Shown here piece after piece: positions 49,119 to 61,590 of a stretch of 64,000 nt of DNA. Every line of letters starts with the position of its first letter. Within the stretch, counting starts at the first letter, position 1. The DNA lies in the NCBI GenBank assembly GCA_001949185.1, contig BDGG01000004.1:459620-523619 (forward strand), in the 5' to 3' direction. A model generated the notes under the pieces. It was not told the origin of the DNA. It saw only the letters and a list, made by a program, of their open reading frames with translations, and did not search any database. This stretch comes from Ramazzottius varieornatus. Taxonomy: Eukaryota; Animalia; Tardigrada. A program made the position numbers and the translations under genes.

Positions 49119-50342
49119 CTTTTAATTATAATATATATTTGTACTTTAATTTCCTTCAGAATAGAACCGGAAGTGGAGTAAGAGCAAATGAACTAGATCA
49201 TGCCGACGGCTCGTCACAAATGCACTCTTCTTTAATGAAGTGTGCGGACGAGAGGAAGCTATGGGCATTGTAGATCTTTTAGTTGTGTAACATAGGATAG
49301 GAAGTAATGGAACCAAAGGTAAGTTATCTACAGAAGCTTATGGAAATGCTGATTTGACGAACTGTAGGCTTCAGTGAGTCGGTGGCCGGAAAAGTCTGTT
49401 GGTGTTGTGCAGAACGGTTCAGCTGTTCGATAAGTCTAATAATCTAGAGTGTATTTGCCATGAGGCATTTGTCGAAAGTTTATGCAGGGACTTGACATTA
49501 CGGAGCGAAAGACCCAACCTTGATAAAGATTTACGAAAGCAAACTTTATGTGTGTCCGTTCGATGCGAAGATTAATCCAAAGTTTAATCTCTTTGGTTTC
49601 TGCCCAGGAGGAAAGTGCGTCATTAGATACGAAAAAGCCGGCACTAGGTTCGATCAGTTCGATGCGCCTATTACAGGGAATTCAGAAATGTAAGAAGGTG
49701 GAGTGAGGAAAAAAGAGGCAGCACAGAAGGATGATTACATCCGGTTGAGAAGCCAGCTCGAATAAGGTTCTGCTGATTAACGAGGAATCTAGCCAGCTTT
49801 CTGCTTAATAGAACGGAAGTAAGGAGTGTCCCTATCTTTCCAGAAGACGGGGAGAATGAAACGAGGGGCGTGGGCGCGTGAAGGCCCGAAGGGTTAAGGA
49901 TAGGTCTGAATGGGCCAAAAAATGGGCGATTTGCCAAAGGAACGCCATGAGAACTTTTTGTACTTTGGGACATAGTTGCCGGAGGTGTCGGTCAGGGTGG
50001 CGATCTCGGGGTTGGGAACTTGGAAAGAAGGGTCAGAGCGAGGATTCATGGTCCGGAGTTCGACCAGTGGGGCGTGGAAGGCCGAGGGCCACAGGGCGCG
50101 TTTCCCCGCTCGTGGAACCGGAACAGAAATGAAGCTGCGCATGGCGGGACTCACCTGTCGCACTTTCATCCAGTGGCGACCTACGAACGGACAAACTATT
50201 AGTCACCAAGAACAACCAAGAGAATGTACGGTAAAACAGTACAAGCCGAGAAGAGATCATCAGCTCGGCCTCTAGAGAATGTTCGCAATCAGAACACGAG
50301 TCAAATTCGCGAACTGTTACTCCAAAAAGCGCTGTGAACTTT

Positions 50343-50468
50343 AAGTGGGAGGTCGTCAAATGACTTGAGCAGGATCGTTTTCCCAAGTGGAGCATAGTGC
50401 CAGCTAAAAACTTGTGATCGTGCGCCACATGAGATGAGGATCATTTTTAGTTCATTTGCCGACGTCTC
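50343..50468. mobile_element. MITE-like family A copy, intergenic, opposite orientation to the 31771 copy
   Basis: caaatgacttgagcaggatcgttttcccaagtgg is essentially the reverse complement of the right arm of the 31771 copy; ends ttcatttgccgacgtc. Confidence 0.75.
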
Positions 50469-53400
50469 AAATAATGTTCGAGTCTCCAAGAACACTTCAG
50501 ACGAAACCTATCCTCATCTTTTCTTTGTTCTAGGAGGACTAACGGAGTATTGGATAGCCGTGAACGTCATCGGCATGGAAGCTAGACACGTCGTCGGATT
50601 GAGCGGAAACGCCAGGGATCCAAAAGGTCGTCGCACAGTAGAGGAGTCCCACAAGAACGGAAGCATGAAGAAGGAAAGTCATTATGGAAGGCTGGAACAG
50701 TCGAGAATCCTAGCAAAATAAGAACATACCAAATCAAAGTTTCAACTGTTCTGGGGAAGTCACGTACGAGAAAGTGGGGAAAGTTGACAAATGAGATGAG
50801 GGAGCGGAACAGAGCTTTTCTAAAGCAGGACAAATCAAACGGCGGGGTTCTTGTGAAAGTTGAGATTGAATGGTACCGATGAAGGTACCACGGAATTCGC
50901 GAAGGAACTGAGAGGCGTTTTATACTGGCGATGCACAGAGAGGCGATAGGTGCAGACTAGAAAGGAATGGGAGATCTCCCTGCTGAGTGATGTTTATGAA
51001 GGTGCGTCCTCTGCGTGAAGGACTTGCTAGTGGTATTTTAGTGTTGCATAGACGTTATTCCCGTCGCATGCAGATCATTCAGGAGTCAGTACCGATTTCC
51101 GGTAAAGGGAGGAGACGTCGTTACAGTGACTTCAGCAGTGCATACGCCTGCGGTACTTTGAGGTGAAGTCGATCGAACGATCGCTTCATGAATTAGGTTT
51201 ATTTTGGGATTCGAAGCAGACAGCTTACCGTTTTGGGAAATGAAGGTATTGCTACAAAAGCTGAAAGTGAGTCAAAAAGGAAGCGTATTGAGCAGACGCA
51301 AGCATTGTATCAGCGAATAATACGGCGAAGGCGAAGAATACGATATTTCGAGCTTCGTGATCTTGTTCAGGTGAGTATGATAGGTGAGCCGTTCAGGTGG
51401 GAATTGCGCGACAAAGCTAGACCCAGTACCCTGCACGGGTGGAGCAATAAGCTAATCCTTTCGCTCCGTTCTTCATTTGTCTTATCAGAATAAAGTTTTT
51501 TCGCAAGCAGGCTTGCGTTTCCGATTCCAGAAAGTCTTGTTTTTCCGAATCCTAGCCATCAGCTACGCTTGCGCCATCTGCATTTCATACAACTCCAAGT
51601 TCGTTGAGTTGAGGTTTCTCTCCTCTGAAGACCGTTTTCCGGTTGGCTAGTATCTATGATAGTCCCTGCTTATACACACTCAAAGTATGGGACCAGAGGA
51701 AGGTCCCTGGTCGAGGAAGGTTTTCGGATGCTGAGGTACCGGTCAGCCGGAAGAGAGCAACCAACACCAGCTGGGACCACTACAGTGGGGCTACCGCTGG
51801 CACTCATCGCTACAGATCAGCACACAGAACTTCGGTATCTGGTGCTCAACAGCATCGCTTTCATTCTCCAAACCTCAAAGCTGAAACCCTTAAGCAAATG
51901 GTGTCGTGGTCGGCTTGTTTTGGCCCAGTTAAGTGAGTATCACTTGCTTCTATAAGTATGGGTCTTTGGAACTTTGAGTTGCAACCAGCTACTCATTACC
52001 AGCCCTAGTTTCCGCCACACAGCACCCATTCTGTTGAAGCACAAACAGTTCAGCACTGTTAATTTTGCAGGAAGTCAACTTCTCGACTCTCCTCATTGAC
52101 TATCCGTGGGGAGCTGTGTAATTTAAAGCTGTGATGACTTTTGAAAAGCACTCTTGTCGGTCTTTTCATTTAGTCACGTTGTCTAATCGAATTTTATCCG
52201 CCGTTGTCATCGCATGCTCCACTGGGCCGGCACGACTAATCTCAATGGGAGGCATTGGTCAAATGTGCGAAGAAGGAAATGCAGTGCGCTTTCCCCTGAT
52301 TCTGGTATTTCACTCGTCAAAATTCTAAAATTTGGAACAGTTTAAAATCAGTATCCCTACATCAAAATCTTACGGTTGACATTGGGAATCTTGTAGAACA
52401 CTGGAAATACAGTATCACAGTATATGAAATGACTCGTAATTATCCACCATTCTTAAAAAGAAGAAAACCTCGAATGCGTGTCTGTTCGACCGACAGTTTC
52501 TGCGAGAGCTACCAGCGAAAATTCGGTATTAGTTTCTAAATTTTGGTCGCAGACGAAGCCAGATTAGACCCGAAACGCTGAATATATTGATGAACCGAAG
52601 GGCGGGTCATGGGAAAACAGGTTTCACGGCGTGCTCAGCAAATGCAATGGGCTTGTCCATCAGTCAGTACCGTACTAGCACCGTGGCTACACGGCGTAAA
52701 TGGTCAGGCAGATGCGAATCATCCGATCGATAATGTGTGAAACATGCTAAAGAGTGTCCGATAGATTCGGAAAGCGCCGTTAGGCGAAGACGTGATACAT
52801 GCCACTCTGGTATGCCTGACAGCACAATCCGGCATCGGCCAGCCATTTTGACTGGAACATACGAGTGCACGCTCAGTGTAGTATCGTAGCCTATCTATCC
52901 CTTTCTTTGTTGCCTGTTTGCCAATTGGGAACGGACACTGCAGCTCTGGATGCAAATTGTGCTCCTGAGAGGCCTGACACCATTCTGTACTTACGTATTG
53001 GACGTTGGGTCGGCGTTGATGGTGTGTACTACTTGGTTAGTGCACACGTGTGCCCGGGCGGCCATCATCAAACATCCCTGAACGGTGCTTCTCCCGAATG
53101 TGGGTTACTCATTCCATCTCGCTTTCATCGGCAACTAACAACAGGCAGTTTGCTGTACTCTCCTATCTTTACATCCCCCTAATGCACTGTACCATATCGA
53201 TATTGAAACCACTACCGTCCTGGCCTGCTGTTGCTTGATTGTAGACTCTGGCCGTCAAAGGAAATATTGACCCAACTGAAACAACAATCCGCCTTTTTTG
53301 CGTTCGAATACGCGCCGTGCTTACAAAGAACACCAGGGTCCTCGCTTTCACTATCTTTGCTCCATGTCACTCTTCACTACAATGTGACCGTACACGAAGT

Positions 53401-54893
53401 ATCCCATTACTCTTCCAAGTCCCAGCTTTGTCGTTTGATTATCCTGGATTTTGTGTATCGGATCTGGCACCGCTGACAATTCGGATACAAGGCGTGGAAC
53501 TTGGTTTCTTGGTAAGTGGGATGTTGCGCGTGTATATCGCATATGAAATTTTGGGAAGAATGGTTAGGGCTCGAATTATTCAAGGGGTGAGTGGTTATGA
53601 ATAATTTCCGCTGTCCCCTACAGTAACCTTCGCTTGTGGTCGTGCGAAAGTTAAATAAGCAGCACATATGGTCACGATTTGAGGCTGGATGTTGGATCGA
53701 GCTCGACAGACATCTCTGACAAGCTGAGGAAGGGGGGCTTGTGGGAGAAGATTGTGAGGCCTGGACTGGCATCGTTATCAACATAGAGTCGTATGATTAT
53801 TTGCATTTAGATGTGCAGTGCAGAACAGCGCATTGGGTCAATGTACGTTGACCAGTCGGGACGAGGAAGCATGCACAACAGTGAAGTTAGCGGTCATATC
53901 TGCGCGAGTGCCATAACGGGTTATGTTACATGCATGAGATCAGGGGCATATGCGCTCGTTTGGCCTGTCTGTCCGTCATTCTGCCAACATATCCAGGGAC
54001 AAATGAATCGTGAGGCTAGGCAGATCATATTCAAACGAGGGGATCCATAATGATAGATGGCGGATAAAAGAGGCTTGTCGCATAGACGTGTATACAAAGC
54101 GTGCAAGCGTCAAATGCGGTATACACGGCTGGCCGGATGTGGCTGGGGCCTTGATGAGATCGTAAGTTGCCGAGATGAAAAAGAGACTGTCTAAATTTAA
54201 ATCTTGAAGAGTGGAAGAATGACGGGAACGATGCTTATTCAGATGGGAACTATGCAAAGAAGACGAGGGTCAGAATGCAAAATAGAACGTGCTGGGAAGT
54301 TGTGATGATGAGATATCTCGAGATTGCGATGATTGGCACAAGATAAAGGAGCAAACTGGCCTTTCGGGGTGAAATGTTGAAAATACGGAAACCGATTATG
54401 GTCGATAATGTTTGTTTGAGTAATTTCGTCAGTTCTCATTGATGGCGCAATAATATTTATGCTGATATAAAAAGTTTGAATCTCTAAACTCGATGAAATA
54501 CAATAGTCCGATGAAGTGCGCAACATGCAACAAGCTAACGAAACTTTCTGCCATTTTTCTACTCGTTTTTGCATTTGTAGCGCAGAAATGGTTGCGCGGT
54601 TTCGAGGAGAGTCAACAAGCCGTCAAGCCGTGGATAATAAGAGGAGAGTGTGTTTTGAGCGCTAATTTCTTCTAGCTCCATTGAGCGAAACAAATATCCC
54701 ACACGTGCCCCACCCACTTAGCCGCTCGCCATTTTCCCCGTTCGAGTCAATTTAATTTCCGTGATTTCACAAGAGCCTCTCCAATCACACCAACGCATGT
54801 TTTATTTGACAGCTACAAACAAGAAGACAAGTCACTCGATCATTTTTCTTGTTTTTCCACAGAAGCAAACTGTCAGAAAGCTGGCAGTGGAGA

Positions 54894-57800
54894 ATGTCAG
54901 CCAGCACTGCTACCAACGTCAACAAGATTATTGACGACGCTGTCCGCATGTCGTCGACCATTCCCAGCAGTCTCAGCCCTTCCATCAGCCCTGTGTCCTA
55001 TACTCCCGCAGCTCGACTATCTTTCAGTGCCACGCAGTCCGTGACGAGCACCACAGTACGGACTTCCGCCGGACAGCACAGCAGTACGAGGTAAATAGTC
55101 GCCGTGTATCTAATTTCCGTCCCCATCGAGATCAAGAATCTTCGTTAGCGAAGCGAATTTGCGTCTCACTAACCATCGGCAACTCTTATGGCGATACACC
55201 GATAGATTTCTGCCGTGATCATTAGGAAATTGCTAAAGCTGGCACTGTCATCTGTACGCTGCGCGGAAGAGTTCTTGAATGTTTGAAGAGGAATTCTCGA
55301 AAAATTTCAAAGGAGGAATTGGAAAAAGCTTCTACTGAACGGGGTAATTCTTGTCGTTACAGCAGTGCGGAAATGACCCACCACCGCAACACGCCCAGGA
55401 TGAGCTTGACGGAGTCGAAGCTGACGGAAAGCCAGACGGATTCGGGGCTGGGTCTAGGCTCTTCGGTGCAACATCCGCCGGCTAATGCCACGGATTTCCA
55501 TCCGTTCTTTAATGACATTAGCGTCAATCCCTTGTCGGAGTCATCAAAGCTGTTGAGCACGCACAATCATCATCTGGAGAATGAGGTTAATGAGCCCCGA
55601 CCGGTCACACCGCTACTGGCGCTCTCGGCCGACATCAAGAAGGGCGACAGGAGGTCGCGCGATCACGCCGGAGAGTATATCGGCAAGTTCTCCAGCCTTC
55701 TTTACGCTATCGTCCTCATCGTCCTGGGCACCGTATTCCCGCTGTCGGAAATTGTAGCGTTACAAGTTCGGCCAATGTTCTACCAGGTAGGTGGTCTTGC
55801 ATACTAATGGTAATCGATTGCGTGTCCCATTATGGGTTAATGGTAAACTCCGAAGATCATTTGCTCCATATTTTATATAGCCATTAATCCACATTGACAA
55901 AATTAGTCTCCGAATGATGCTGTAAACCCATAATAAAATTCTAAGAATACAGTAATCGGGACGTGGACAAATAAACTGAACCGTACCGCTTCCAGTTGGC
56001 GCACAGTCCTAGCCAGTGACAACGAAAGCGTGCGCCACTTGAGACAGCGATCTGGTTTAATTCATTTGCCAGCGTCCCAGTTGTTGATTTTTTTCGCTCG
56101 CGAAAGCTGTTATGACGAACAGCTGTAAATCTCATGCTTTGAATTTCGGTCTTTGACTGATAGAGAAAATAACAAACTCGAGTTTGTGTTGTTCGCTTTT
56201 GTAGGCATACAGTGTGTACCTATTCGGCACATCGCTGTTATTCCTTATCTACGCTTACATCTTTCTATTGGAAACCCGCAATCATAAACGCCTATTGACC
56301 TTCACACGCGAAAGCAAAGGCTATCGAATGGAAACAGTGGAGACACTGGATGACGACAATAAAAAGGAAGAAGGCAGCCGTCGGCCTTCTGTCATGACCG
56401 CCGCTCAACGACGCACGACCGGAAGCTTCTACCTGCGCATGGTACGTATCCCCCTTCCTGTGTTCCCAGACAATCAGTTCAAGTGCATACCTTCCATCAC
56501 ACTGATTAAAACATTCTCCTTGCTTGTATTCCACAGGGTGCCGTATTGTTCGGGCTAGGCTCCATGATCTACTTCTGCCTGCAGTTCGGCCAGTATTTCG
56601 AGCTGCCATCCAACATGAAATGCGGTGACGTGCTGTCCGCCGTCGTCCCGGCCCTCTGTTTCACTTTTGTCTTTATCCAGCTGTACTTTATCTTCTTGAA
56701 TTCCAAAGTAAGCATCCGGGATTGTTTGACAAGTTCAGCTGTGCTGTTTCTCACGAGACCTCACCCTCTATTTCCTGTTACAGGTCCGTGTGCATCGCTT
56801 CCCGCTTCTGGCTCGGTTCGGCCTGATGCACGTGAGTCTATTGAACATCTTCCCAGATCTAATTTCAATCCATAAAACAAATACAAAGTTTTTTTATCTC
56901 CACTTTATCAGCTCTTGGCTACCAATGTTTGTATTTGGCTGAGTGCGCTGATCGGCGAGACAATGCACACTATGGAACTGAGCTTGACGAACGGCAATGA
57001 CTTTGACACCACCCCTAATAACGGAGAGGTATTCTTCCCGTTAACATTCGGACCAAATGCCACCACTCGAGCGAACTCTACGGTCGTCACTCTGAACCAA
57101 AAGCCACTGCATCTGTACATGAACGGGGCAGCGGAGGCGCAGGAACAAAGTCTGATGGACTTTTCCAGCAAGTCGTGCCGCGCCCAGACCATCATTGGAA
57201 ATATTCTCCAAAAAGTTCGTAATCACTTCCCCATGAGCCAGTTTTGAGACAGAACCTGCAGTACTTCACGACGGTACTTTCAGGCTCAGCCCTTCTTGTT
57301 TCCCTGCGTGGTCCAATACTGCTTGATCTGCGCCACGGTGTTGTTCATCATGTGGACGTTGGTCGCACGGGGTGGCGTCACCAATCGAGCCAGCTATGGA
57401 GATGAGGCTGTCATGGAGCCAGCTTCCTTATCCGAAGCTTCGTTGATGACCACCACCAGCAAACGAAGTCGATACACCGTAGTAAGTCCCGGGTGCATCG
57501 CGCGTGCTGTAAATGTACAGTATCAGTTAGACACACCTTTACCTACTGTCCTTTAGGACTGCAACGGAGCAACTCGCGGTTTGTTCCTGGGCCTTCTTCT
57601 CCTTCTGGTTACCATCATCAGGTAAGATTCCTGAACCACCGCCCGCTACAGAGCCTAGAATTGAGCTTCATTTTGTAGCACTATTCTATTCTTCGTGTGG
57701 ATTTGGCGACGGGATTTGGTTGTCTGGGGCGTCCTGCAGTCCTTCCTGGTCGAGGTGGTCCTATACACAGCAACTTTGATCGCAGTCTGCGCCGCCTTCT

Positions 57801-58489
57801 ACCAGCTTCGTACCTTAAGGTTCGACATTGGCGAAGGATCCCGTATCAACGATATTCTTCTGATCGCCGGCCAGCTGGGTGTCTACATGTACTGCGCCTT
57901 CGTCCTGGTAGCCTGTCATCAAGCCATCATGACGGACCCTCATCGTATGGAACTCTTCGGTCTTCTGTCTGCGGTCCTGCAAACTATACAAGCCACTGTT
58001 CAGACCTTGTTCTTGATGGATGCTCTGAGGCGTCGACCAGCACGAAATGAGCATCTGCGAGATAAACCCGGTCGTGAGCTAGTGACGTTCCTGTTGGTGT
58101 GTAATGTGGGACTGTGGGCTGTGGACTCCTTGACGGCGTGGAAAGAACAGCTGTACCCGGCACAGAATCGCTTCTACGGACTTTGGGCGGTACGTCGCCA
58201 ACATTTCTCCCTGACGCGATCTTTATATCGGTGTATAGTCCATGCATCTAATTTGCATTTGCAGTGGACGATCCTTGGAAACATCTTTATTCCTTTGAAA
58301 ATATTCTACCGGTTTCACTCAAGGTAGGACCAAACAGCAGAGTGAATGATGAGTATGTTGTGAGTTGGGCTCTTTACAGTATCACTGATCACGTGCTGTG
58401 TTTGCAGCGTATGCTTGTCGATCATTTGGAAAAAGGCGTGGAAGCTCAAAAGCTGTCCCTCGACACCTGTTGCCGTTACTGCACCATAA
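54894..58489 (+). CDS. OTOP: Otopetrin-family proton channel
   Basis: SLLYAIVLIVLGTVFPLSE, GSFYLRMGAVLFGLGSMIY, FVFIQLYFIFLNS, RFGLMHLLATNVCIW, DCNGATRGLFLG, KPGRELVTFLLVCN and IFYRFHSSVCL..IWK. Start codon inferred. Confidence 0.94.
55958..56082. mobile_element. MITE-like family A copy, otopetrin intron
   Basis: gggacgtggacaaata...ttggcgcac..gtgcgccacttgaga...ttcatttgccagcgtcccagtt. Confidence 0.7.
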
Positions 58490-60939
58490 TGCCAGGCTCT
58501 CCAAAAACTGTCTGAAGAAGGATCTCGACCACCATCGAAATGACAAACGTTAGCCAAAGTTTTTGTATTTTTCCTATCTGACCAAATTAATTATCTTTTA
58601 GTAGTATTGCGGCTTATGAGTCCAGTGCTGTGTTTGTTAGTCTGAATTGTGCAATTTGTTGGTGAAGTGGATAGATTACGGTATCTAGTTACTCAAACCT
58701 ATTCCTTGCGTTTTAGCGTTGTGCCACATAAGTATCATTTTAGCAGAATTTCATTCATGTTATTAGTCGCCTCGTCTTGTCCAGAACTTTTTGTCGTCCG
58801 TTCGTTGGGCGAAACTATGCTCCGTGGGACTCATATCAGCCTATCACTGGTTATTAATAATTTTCATCATAAAAACATGCATATGGATGTTACTGCTACT
58901 TGAGCATTATGTCACATAACTGCAGGTTGGAACCATCGCTGAGACTAAAATATGTAGAGAAGGGCGAGGACGCTAAGAAGAAGCTGGATAGCAAATTTTG
59001 TACACTCCTGTGCTGGGGTACCGTTGGCGGTCCCTGTATCCTGGAGAAAGACGGCCGTCAGTTTCCGCTTGACAAGGGAGACATATACCCTTCCCGAGGC
59101 GTACACCATCCGTCCGCGTCCACTCAAGACATCTGCAGGCTGTCTCGTCTATACGAAGAGTACTGTATAATTTTCCAACACCTGGAACGCGGTCTATCGA
59201 TGCGGTAGTGGTGTCATTCAAATCTACATTCTCACACTGGCGCCAAACAGTTTGCTGGCGCGGGTGGAGCCGCGATCGGCGTACTCTAGGAGGTCGGCAC
59301 TACACACTGAAAATTTGCAGTGTCAGCTTTAAAGCTGACAGAGCGTGTCCCGTGTCCAGCGTACTATTGAAGCGTCTGTTTGTTCTGAGGTAAAAATTCC
59401 TTGGACGATGATCAAGAAGAATACCAGTGGCCTCACCGGAGGGAAATGTCCGGTTGACGACTTCGTCATTGCAGCCCATTATACCGTTCTGCAGAGATAC
59501 CACAATGATCCTCCAAATTCAACCTTCGAGATTTGAGAGGATGAGAGGAAAAAGTGTCGACAAACTTTACAATGCTGGTACGAGAAAAGGACGATACAGA
59601 GAACCATACGGAAACGGAGACCACGTTCGATGCGAGCAGGAAGTAGTATACGCAGCCAATAAGAAGCTGACTCGACCTACTGGGAGTAAGCATTAACTTG
59701 ATATACCTATGTACTGCAGTGAAGGACGAAACCGTTCATCAGATGGTTACGCTGGAATGCACACATCAGTACAGGGATTCGCAATCATGTAACCGAAACC
59801 TGGTTGCGCAGCACCCGTACAGGTACATCTGACTCGATGACGTTGCGTCCTATAACACGCTCACCACCGTATACGAATGCATGGCTCACCAAGGAGCAAG
59901 CGTTACCGTTACTTGTAAGCTCACTGTAGCCGCCTACTGTATGGAACACGACTGTCGCATTCTCATAGACGACTTTGATGTTTCTCGAGTGTTGCATCGT
60001 GTTACCGGCCTTATTGCTATTAATCCTTCTAGCGGCACCGTCCAGATACCGGAAAGTCGGCAACACCCGTATCATTTCAAGTATGAAACTTATTTGGACC
60101 ACGCTGAGAAGAGTAACCGGGATGAAAGATAGCGGTGCGTAGAGACAAGAGAAGTCGCTGTCGATATATACGGTGGTATGCTCCGTGCTTCCATCAAATA
60201 TTCCCTTCTTCAGGTCCTGCTCCGGATCCGGAGCAGATCAGGGCGAACAGCGTTACTGCGGAAAATACTGAACCATCCGCCAGTCAGGAGTATGAGGTTA
60301 TTCCAGAAGATTCTTCTCACCGGGAAAGCACATCGGAAGACAGCGCTGCTTCCGCATCGGAAACAGAATCACACCCTTCTCCCACTAACCACGACAGAGA
60401 ATCAGACGGTAGGCCAGATTTCTCAAGCATATGCCTCTACTTGTTCCGGATTCGCAGGCTATCCCTCTTGCTGTCAGCATACGTTGCAATTTCGAAACAA
60501 TTTTCGAAACCCTATAAAGACGACTGAATTGCTAGAAGTCACGTGATTCACCGCTTGGTAACACACGCTGTTAGCGCTTGTCGTGCTGCTCTGCGTTGCT
60601 GGAGGTGAACCGGGGTTCGTTCCTTGGTTGCTCGACGCGTTGCGAGCGTTACCACCGTAAAAAGTGCCAATAACGAGCTCGAGCGCTGTGAAAAAAAGTA
60701 ATAAATCTGAATGGGGCGTTTATAAACCTGCGTTACTTGGTGTGGTAGTTCGAACTGGGTTTAACCGGTCCCGCATGACCGCCATAAAGTGAGTTCATGG
60801 CAGGTCTGAATTGTGAGGGAGGAAGATTAATGACCTTGCATGAACTGTAGAACGGGAAATTAAAGATGAAAAGTAAACAATACAGACAAATGCAGCAGGA
60901 TAAAGTCGTTTTGACGACTATTGCGGAATTTTTTTTTCG

Positions 60940-60984
60940 CTAAAGTGGCGCATTTTTACCGTCGGTCAAAATGCGCCACTTTAG
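60940..60984. repeat. Near-perfect 45-bp palindrome containing the AAGTGGCGCA core
   Basis: CTAAAGTGGCGCATTTT-TACCGTCGGTC-AAAATGCGCCACTTTAG. Confidence 0.9.
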
Positions 60985-61590
60985 TGAGGGAGAGAGAACC
61001 AAATTCCTCCCGTCATTCAGACTTCCTGAAAAATGTTGCTAAGTTCTCTAGTAGATACACCACGGTGTGTTCTGTCTTTCACCGAGGTTGCTTTCGGGTC
61101 AAACTGTCCAGTTCCTCAAACGCAAGGTCCGGCTTTTGAGACCTTGCCTGCCTTCCCACCCGGAAAACTTTGGTACCGCACATTGTTAGACAGAACCCAA
61201 AACTGATTGCAAGACATGATTGACCGGAGCAATTAACGGAGCCGTCAAGCATGTTTGGAAAAACTCCGGCGGTCAAAAAACTTTTTTGGCGAAAGGGGTG
61301 GTATTTTTAAAAAAATGACGAGTTCATTTGGACGAGCTTTAGAAGTAGATGCCGATTTATGACTTGAAGCGCGGGAAGCGGATTCAAAAGTTCAATGCTA
61401 ATGCATCAATTTGTAAAAATTTGGGGGGAAAGCTTCGCTGGAGCCTGGAACGGGAGAAACAATTTTTTGAAATTGGTGTTGGAACAAGAGTAACAAGTCA
61501 TACTTCCGCACCTAATAGTTTTATGCACTGTAGTGCGTATCTGCCGCACAGACCTGTAGTAGTTGCTGTCATTTGACTCTGCTTTCCAGA

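Noticed and set aside
51500-54700. Numerous 60-125 aa ORFs on both strands
   Set aside because: No motifs or splice-consistent structure that I can support.
55829-55934. 10-bp inverted repeat ATTATGGGTT/AACCCATAAT as MITE ends
   Set aside because: Single occurrence, short and AT-rich; insufficient support.
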